DNA of 64,000 bases from the NCBI RefSeq assembly GCF_000150275.1, contig NW_002060948.1, positions 2,224,180 through 2,288,179 on the forward strand, given 5' to 3'. Position numbers and translations under genes: made by a program. The stretch comes from Trichoplax adhaerens. Lineage: Eukaryota > Animalia > Placozoa. The notes under the pieces are model-generated. The model was not told where the DNA came from. It did not search any database and saw only the letters and a list, made by a program, of their open reading frames with translations. Positions 53,098-64,000 of this stretch are shown in pieces; within the stretch, counting starts at the first letter, position 1, and every line of letters begins with the position of its first letter.

Positions 53098-56000
53098 TTA
53101 TATTTGATATAAATTTGCAGTAAAGTTTGTATTCACTTTCGATGTATGTATCATACGATCACGATCGATCAAGACAGAGTTATCGGCGTCCTGAAAATGA
53201 TAGAGAGATATCGTTAGTTCTTGTACTATACCTTACCTTATTAAACTGAAAATATATAGGTACTAATACGAGTATAGACATGTAATTAGATTTATTTTTC
53301 ATTATTCGCGCCCATAGCTTCATGCAGGAATTTACTAGCTGTTATAAGTCGTGTCCTCTAAGCGATTAAAAAGCTAAAAGCTATCATTCTACATTCTAAA
53401 TATGATGAATTACAAAACACGAGCATTACTTCATTCCAGTTCGAGAGTGTAATTTCTTTTACAATTTCAAAAGTATCCCAGTCATGTAAATAAACTACGC
53501 CTTTACAGGACAAGGTTACGACTACTTCCAGTTCATCTTCATAATCGATCATTAATAGTGCCTACAATTTCAAACATTGTTTACCACACAGTCATAGAAT
53601 TTTTGTATATGACAGTGAAATGTTGGACAAGTATAAGTTACCTCATCGTTTTCATTAAAATTTACAGCTCCTAAGTGATAAACCTGCTTTATGGTTCTTC
53701 CTGATGACGTTGTATGACTAACCTACCCATGCAATGAGATAGCGTTATGTAGATATATTGTTATGCATGCTTTGAAAATTAATAAAATCTTTCCAAGTAA
53801 AACAATCTATAGCATAATATTGATTAAAATTAAATTTCAACGGTACAACTGAGGTTTCAATAACAAAGTAACCTAACCTGAGGTGCTTCGACATTGAGGA
53901 TTTGCTTCATATTAATCTTTCCACACTCTACTAATTCATTATGGTCATTCATAGGAAAATGATGTACTTTATAAAATCTGATTTGGAAGAAAGATATCAT
54001 TAAATGTATAACCGTAGTTATGAATTGTGAAACCTATTTGCAATAGAACTATATATATAACCCGATAATCTTTATCTTACGTGGCTCTGTCGGATTCAAC
54101 GTGTAGTAAATGGTCATTAAATGAAAAATATGCACAGTCATTGTATAATTGAATATTTTTTGTATAGAAGATACCATTTTCAGCCTACATATATAGCAAT
54201 AAACATAAAATGTAACATTTATCGTATATCCGAGTAGTTGTGCTATGTGATCTAATATATAGGAATGATATGATTGTGATAACTAAAACATTAATTTATT
54301 GTTTCTAACCAGTTTGTTATAGCAGAATGATCGAACTTCGTATTGATAAAGTTTCATATTAGGTGTTCGATTAACATAATGCCATGGGATCCCACCAAAT
54401 GTAACTGTATGATCTTCAGACGTCTTTAGTTGAAATAAAGTTTCTAGAGTTTCTATTACTGTTTAACAAATTAACCAGTGCTTCAATTTTACATTCTGTG
54501 CATAAAATAACGTTTCAAGCATATCATATGTATACTTAATGATCTACAACATTTTTCTTATTAAGACATTAAACCTTCGCTGGCTTTAAGTAATTTTACA
54601 TATTTGAACTAGCCTACCAGTTGTTATTGGAATACCCAAGGGAAATTTTCCAACAATTTCATTATTCAAACGATCGCCTAGCAATACAACCTCAGTGGCA
54701 TTCTATCGATGGCGAGTACAGAATTTTTAATAAATATGAAAGAAAGGATCAATATTAAATAAAGTAGCATTTAAGTTACACTATACCATTTCTATTATTT
54801 TGTTAAAGTCATAATACGTGGTTACCAAAGACCGATGACGAACTATAAGCATACTTTCACAAATGTTGACATTGGTAATATTATGTCCAAACACCTACCA
54901 TAAAATTGTATAGCATACCAGTAGATCAATATCTCTATATGCCTTAGTAACAAATTGTACGACAATGCAACACCTGTTTATCAATCTTCAACCGAGATAC
55001 TAATTTTATCGGCCCTATTTCTAATATAATGAGGTGCATAAATATTGAGCTCCCCTATTCAAATGAATAAGTGTAATTATGATTATTATTAATAAACTCC
55101 GCTAAATTGTTTAAGCAAAAAAGAATTTGTTGGAAATCTTTAAAGTTAACAATTACACATCGGTTATGTTTCAAAGTATTGTTATTATTTCATTCTTCAC
55201 TAATATACTTTTAGTAGAATGAGTCTTAATATATAAAATAAAATTAAAAATTACAAACCGTCGCCTGATTTCTTGCACTTTTTATAACTACTCTTTTATT
55301 TTCAGTTTCCCAACATAGTTTCCTGAATTAGATTTAAGCATGATTAAACAGGCTGAAGTTAACTCAATTTAAATACATATACTTATGTATAGCGTATTAC
55401 AAGAACTTGGGAGCAGAGCCTAAGAAATAATTTTCCAATAATTTTCCGGTTGTTATTTCATATCTAAGTAAGTAGTTTCTGTTAGTAAGAGCAATCAGAC
55501 TTTGTTTGTGGCTGCATAAATCATCTGGATTTATAATCTAAAGAAAAAATAATACATTTTAGCTGAGAGAAGATTAACTAAGAAGTCTAATAGATCGTAA
55601 AGCAGTATTACTTTTGGCGTCATTAATCGAATTGTCTACGAACTCACACAACGTGTGCAATTTTAAATTCACTATATTTAGTATAGAATATAAGTATAAT
55701 CTTATAGCTGTATAACTGTGAAGATATCCGTATAGATATTTTTATCGTAAAATACGTACATTGTACGGGCATTCATAGGATAGAGCATCCACGATTCGAC
55801 CATAACTCGGATTAAGTACGTACATAAGTTTTGGTTTCCCATCTATGAAATTGTGACTGGTAAAGGTAAATTATCAAAAAATTAATGATGTATGAACGCA
55901 AACATGATAATCTTGGAGTAGGTCAATTATCAGAGAAGATTTCGAGAAATTTTTAAGGGTGTATCTGCTAGCCCATACCTACCAGTCATACGCTTTTCGA

Positions 56001-57119
56001 TAACTGTCATTGAATAGGATCCTATCGTAAGCACGTAAAGACGTTAAAAATATTACAAAATACAAGATCCAGACAACGCATACTGGTACTTCGAAGTTAG
56101 AGCCTTGCTTTATCTAAGTTATCTTACAGTAGACATCTCATATACGCCCGCCCTTTATTAATGATCTACTCATGATCGCTTTTTTGGCGCTGTAACGTAT
56201 TCGGAACCCAGTATTAAACTGACGATATGTATATCTAGATCATTCTTATATATATATAGTTTAGATCAAATTAAAATCTGACTTGCAATTTCCTGGAAAA
56301 TGAGAATAGAGCTTAACAGTTGTATGGTATAATTATAATTGAATGTTAATATGAATTTATAATTGGAATAAGGTTAATTTTATCTAACAGCTATGTCTTT
56401 TAAGCGAGTATGATTATACAGTATATACGATAACATACCTCTCGTAAGAGAACGGACTAGAAGCCTTTAATGTAGCGACCTTCTTAAAGTTGTTTCTAGG
56501 CTATATTATTATGATGGAAATTTTGGTTAGTTTATAATTATTCATGCAAGATGCAGGTAAATGTATGGAGAGAGGAGGAAAAAATGACTGAACTATATTG
56601 TATAACCGAAATTAATTACTACTGTTTGTGATTTGAAAAATGAGCCAATCATATAATTAGTAATTACATGGGCAGCATAACTGAGAAAGAATCTGCAAGG
56701 AATTGGGCACAAATAGCTACCCTGAAACAGGGATTAAATCTATATGCTACTTAAATCACTACGCTATAGTGCATGAGTACATAGTAAACTATAGTGTGTT
56801 GAAATCTCTCAAGGTGAACACTCTACAGTAGAGATCCTTGGAGACTCTACTCTACAGCATACAGTACAGTATACTGCTGCTGAAGGAATCAATTTTGTAA
56901 ATAAAATAACTGTTAAGTGCTAGTGAAAGATTTTATAGAATGGATCGCTACACCATGTAGACATCCGGTAGAATCCTGTAAATGTACAATATGAGATGTA
57001 CTTACACTAGTGATTACAGAGGTTAACATCTTGCAGGCTAATCTACAATTGCTGCCATATAGCTGCCTTCGAATAACATACAAGGAAACATTTAAATGTT
57101 TTTTAAGCTTTTCATTCAT
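53098..57119 (-). CDS. DCAF17: DDB1- and CUL4-associated factor 17
   Basis: Exon peptides match DCAF17 as recalled: NNFKKVATLKASSPFSYER, IVDALSYECP, QSLIALTNRNYLLRYEITTGKILENYFL, VGKFPLGIP, FGGIPWHYV, TTSSGRTIK, IDYEDELEVV and IDRDRMIH. Stop at 53098-53100. Start MNEKLKKHLNV is tentative. Confidence 0.85.
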
Positions 57120-57402
57120 TTCCAGCTCTCAGAGTGTCATCAGGTGCATCGAATTGGGAACAACTCTTACGCTAGTAATAATATCAATGGAAAGTTTGAT
57201 ACTTTTCGAATTAAAACATTCATACTGTATTTGTAGTCCTACGCATATTGTATATCACCGTCGTGTTAAATACAATACGTGTAATAGAACTGACATTATA
57301 TCTCTTTAACCTCATTCGTTATCACTATCACTGCTTTTGATGAACTAGATAAGCAAACTTTAATTTTTGCACCATGTCAACATCAAAATCTGCAGTATTC
57401 TT

Positions 57403-58180
57403 ACAGTACTGTATACTGTAATTTACAGTACAATAGATGCCCGTGTACTGTACACTGTACTGTAGCCCTAAACTATTTTGCATACAGTACAGTACTGTTC
57501 ATAAACTGTCAACGGTAAGTACAGTGTACAGTACAAGAGATGCTCCATGTACTGTACACTGTAGTCCTAAACCATTTTGCATACTGTACAGTACAATAGA
57601 TGCCCCGTGTACTGTACTGTACACGGTAGCCCTAAACCATTTTGCATACTGTACTGTACTGTACTGTACAGTGTACACTGTACAGTACCATTTCATCGTC
57701 ATGACTAGTCACGACAGTGAACAGTGTGACACTTCAATTCAAGTTCTGACCGTGGACTGTTATGCATCTCTATTCATAAGCATCGTACTGTACAGTACTG
57801 TACTGTGCCGCAACCCCCAAGTTTCCTAAGCTTTCTCACCATGCCGTGCGAATAAGAGTCATCAGTCTGATAATTAGAATAAAATACAATCTTTATTGAT
57901 GTTATGGAGTGCTCAGTACAGTCAGTACACAGTCATAGTCTGTTACAAAGAGTACATAGAGTAGTACAGTACTGTACAGTACAGTACAGTACAGTAGACA
58001 GACACCTACAGTACAGTACTGTACTATACACCTTAGTACTGTACCGTACAGTATTCTTACTGTACCATACAATATATCACATGACCGCGTCAACCTTGGG
58101 ATACATGGGTGCGCTATTGGGTGGTAAAAATGTTGAACCCCCATGCAACACCGGCACATACTGTACTATACTGTACTGCA
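57403..58180. repeat. TACAG/CTGTA arrays with a ~60-bp higher-order repeat in the DCAF17-SDHB divergent promoter region
   Basis: Three copies of TACAGTACAA(T/G)AGATGC..TGTACTGTAC..GTAG(C/T)CCTAAAC..TTTTGCATAC at ~57425-57660, plus dense pentamer runs at 57915-58180. Confidence 0.9.
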
Positions 58181-58268
58181 CTGTTGCGCTATATGTTGCA
58201 GTGGCAGCGCTGTGCTTATTATTGATGCTTCTAACAAGGATTGACAGGCAGAAAGATTAGTGGCAGCC

Positions 58269-61381
<3,113 letters not shown>

Positions 61382-63094
61382 TATCGCTAATGTTATTTGT
61401 CGTTATAAGTTCTAGGTTGCATTTGTTTGCTATTGTGGCCTGACTGGATATTATCCTGGGATAATCGATACAGTGTACTCATATTAACATTTACTCTTAT
61501 GTTGTCATCCGGGGCCTGATTTGCTTTCTAGCTTTTTCAATTTTATTTACCGATGACAATCAAATTATGCAGTCAATATGCGTTTTGTATAGGCGTTAGT
61601 TAATGACTATTTTAGTAAAATGTAACTTATTATACTCTTATATGTATGTTTTGCTCCAAGGCATTTATATTCATAAACAAATTTTGAACGCTAATCTGTA
61701 TCAATGTTGTAATTTCTGCATAACTGCTATATTTGCATCTGTACTTTTTATTAGCTACAAAATATAGATCTGAGAGCTTGTCTTGTCGTCTACTGAACTA
61801 TACTGTATTCAATGCACCCTTCACGGTGGAATGTTGACTGTGTGGGTTAATTTATCCTGGTAAATATACATTTGGCTCATTTTACTTCGGGTTAAGATAG
61901 GGTTATTTAATTAAAATGGCTACATTTTGAGCCAATATTAGTATTACATAACCAGCTTCAACATAAGAAATTATCAATTCTACAGTGTTTTAAGATGTAA
62001 CGCGATTAGTGCATGTCCGATATTAACATACGACCCGAACCGGACGAGATTCTAGTGAATAATATTTGTTGACTGTTGTGAAATGGAAACATTTGATTAG
62101 CATGAATGCATGATCTTCTTCATATAGTCAAAACTGCATAGTGATATGTATATAAACGATGCATACTATGCTGATTCCTACAATTTACGATTATGTAACC
62201 TTGCGAATAACAAAATATATATATTTCATGTCCTGTTGAGTGTATCATACATAGCAGATCTACAAATGATGTGAAGATTGGTCTGAGACATAGTATTGTC
62301 GACATATAGTATTCGTATGTATATATGTAATAATTAGTTAGAATACTTTGAATAATTGGCTCTATCTTAAAACGTTGATTCGGAGGAAGACGCAAACTCC
62401 AAAGGATATTTTAAGAAACTTCAAAGCTAATTGGAAATGATAATTTAAGCTAACTTTTGCTAATCAGTATTGTAAATTCATAATCTGTTAATATCCGAAA
62501 TATGAACAAACCATCAAAAATTTACTAATGGATTAACTCAATTATATACCGATTAGCAAGTGCTAAATTAATCTTTTATTTCTAGACCAAACAATGCTCA
62601 TATAGCTTACAGTATTTAGATCTCTTTGGGTTTTAATCATATTGAAAGCATTGCAGTCTTTAGAATTCGTATTAAAATTTACAATTATTATCGACGATAG
62701 CTTCATTGATGATTTAAAATCAATGAATGATGATTGTAATATATTATAAATATCGAAATGCACTAAATATATGAGACTATATAATATATACGAGCTTACG
62801 CTGAAGTATGCGTATTCGTAGGTGTATGAAAGATACGTAAATTAACTTGATTCGAAGCTATTACACATTGAGTTTCTACACGTATAGTGTAAATAAAAAA
62901 TTAATCAATACTCTGCAAGGTGGATTGAAACGAATAACTTGTTTATTTATTGTACATACATTTATTTATTTATTTATTTATAATTATATTTTTTGACTTT
63001 GTGACCTACTGTATTACCATAGAATGGCGTGATCAGTAATAGTACTAAACTGATATGGAAATAAGCACAATTGGTATATAAGATTATAATGCAG

Positions 63095-63708
63095 GGTGTC
63101 GACAGACTTCAACTGTGGCCACAGGTAGAAGTAATGAATATGCAATCTTAGCGAATAGCTTGATTCTGAGAAATCAGCTTTTTATTTATTCTAGTGTACT
63201 GGTATAGATATTATATTATTTAATTTTATTACCGGAAGAGTATATCAATACCTTTATATAGTTTATTCTTATTTTAAGATTTAAAGTCTATTATAAAGTC
63301 TATTATGTTATTTGACCTGTGATTGCACTTTTTGAGCAGCGCTTAGTAGATTTCTTTATTCTAGAGTTTGATCCAATTTTCCGAGATGTTTGAGATAGAG
63401 GTAAGCAATGTTTAATTTATCTCTGTTAAGGTTTTATTCTCCATAATAAAGATTACTGATAGCGCTAGCTGTGTTAATTAGTCAGCCTATATACTTACCA
63501 ATTAGTGGAAAAATCATTTAATGAATCTTAATCCTAATATGCATTATCATATCTTGGTATTTTACGACGGTATGATGTTAGTCAATCAAACTGTATTGAT
63601 TATAAATAGGTTTCAGCCACAAATATCTTAAAAGCTGCCCGTTGTGGCCGTCGTGATGTTCTTGCAGACCTTGTTAATAAACGATTAGATATAGACTTTC
63701 CAGATAAG
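63095..63708 (+). CDS. 5' part of a probable ankyrin-repeat protein gene, continuing beyond the resolved exons
   Basis: Phase-0 exons with clean splice sites: 63095-63124 GVDRLQLWPQ, 63365-63400 SLIQFSEMFEIE and 63610-63708 VSATNILKAARCGRRDVLADLVNKRLDIDFPDK. The last is 33 codons with the ankyrin pattern L..AA..G....+..L+....D+...D. Confidence 0.6.
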
Positions 63709-64000
63709 GTATGGATTAGGACTAACAATATATCTTTGCGGTTAGATTTGGCTGTGCTATTTAATTTACATAAATAGAATGATAAAATTATGTATTTCAT
63801 TCATGATCACAATTTTAATTCATTATGTTACCTTCTAGGTGATTGAGTAGTCGGTTACTCATTTACGATATCTCTCTTTGATATTCACTAGATTAAGCAT
63901 AAATTTTAATAGCAAGTAGTTTTCATTCAAATTTAGCAATTGATAGTAGCAATTGATGATAGCTGTAGAATAATTCGTTTACTTTCATTTGTAATAGAAA

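Noticed and set aside
58194-58209. IRE-like hairpin TGTTG-CAGTGG-CAGCG upstream of SDHB (insect SdhB has a 5' IRE)
   Set aside because: The bulged C is an A, the sixth loop base is G, the upper stem has two G-U pairs and there is no convincing lower stem.

Overview
AT-rich (roughly two-thirds A+T), gene-dense eukaryotic DNA with many short GT-AG introns. The genes are animal-type and many intron positions match the vertebrate orthologues as I remember them. My inference is an early-branching animal, most likely a placozoan (Trichoplax-like). Hand-spliced genes, left to right: Rap1GAP (-, runs off the left edge), RPL4 (-), GPS2 (+), SLC25A11 (-), a cyclic-nucleotide-binding-domain gene (+), MRPL2 (+), Ski/SnoN (+), DCAF17 (-), SDHB (+) and the start of an ankyrin-repeat gene (+). 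Most entries in the supplied ORF track are single exons, antisense shadows or repeat translations. Main unexplained signals: (1) mixed-orientation TA(CAG/CTG/CCG/CGG)TA pentamer arrays at five promoter regions, whose unit equals the Tc1/mariner excision footprint; (2) a ~250-nt highly structured island divergent from MRPL2; (3) a U12-type intron in RPL4 containing a C/D-box snoRNA candidate, plus a possible decayed U16 snoRNA in intron 1; (4) a MITE-like inverted repeat with one arm duplicated; (5) a 4 x ~134-bp tandem repeat. All identifications come from motif recognition and recall, without database searches.
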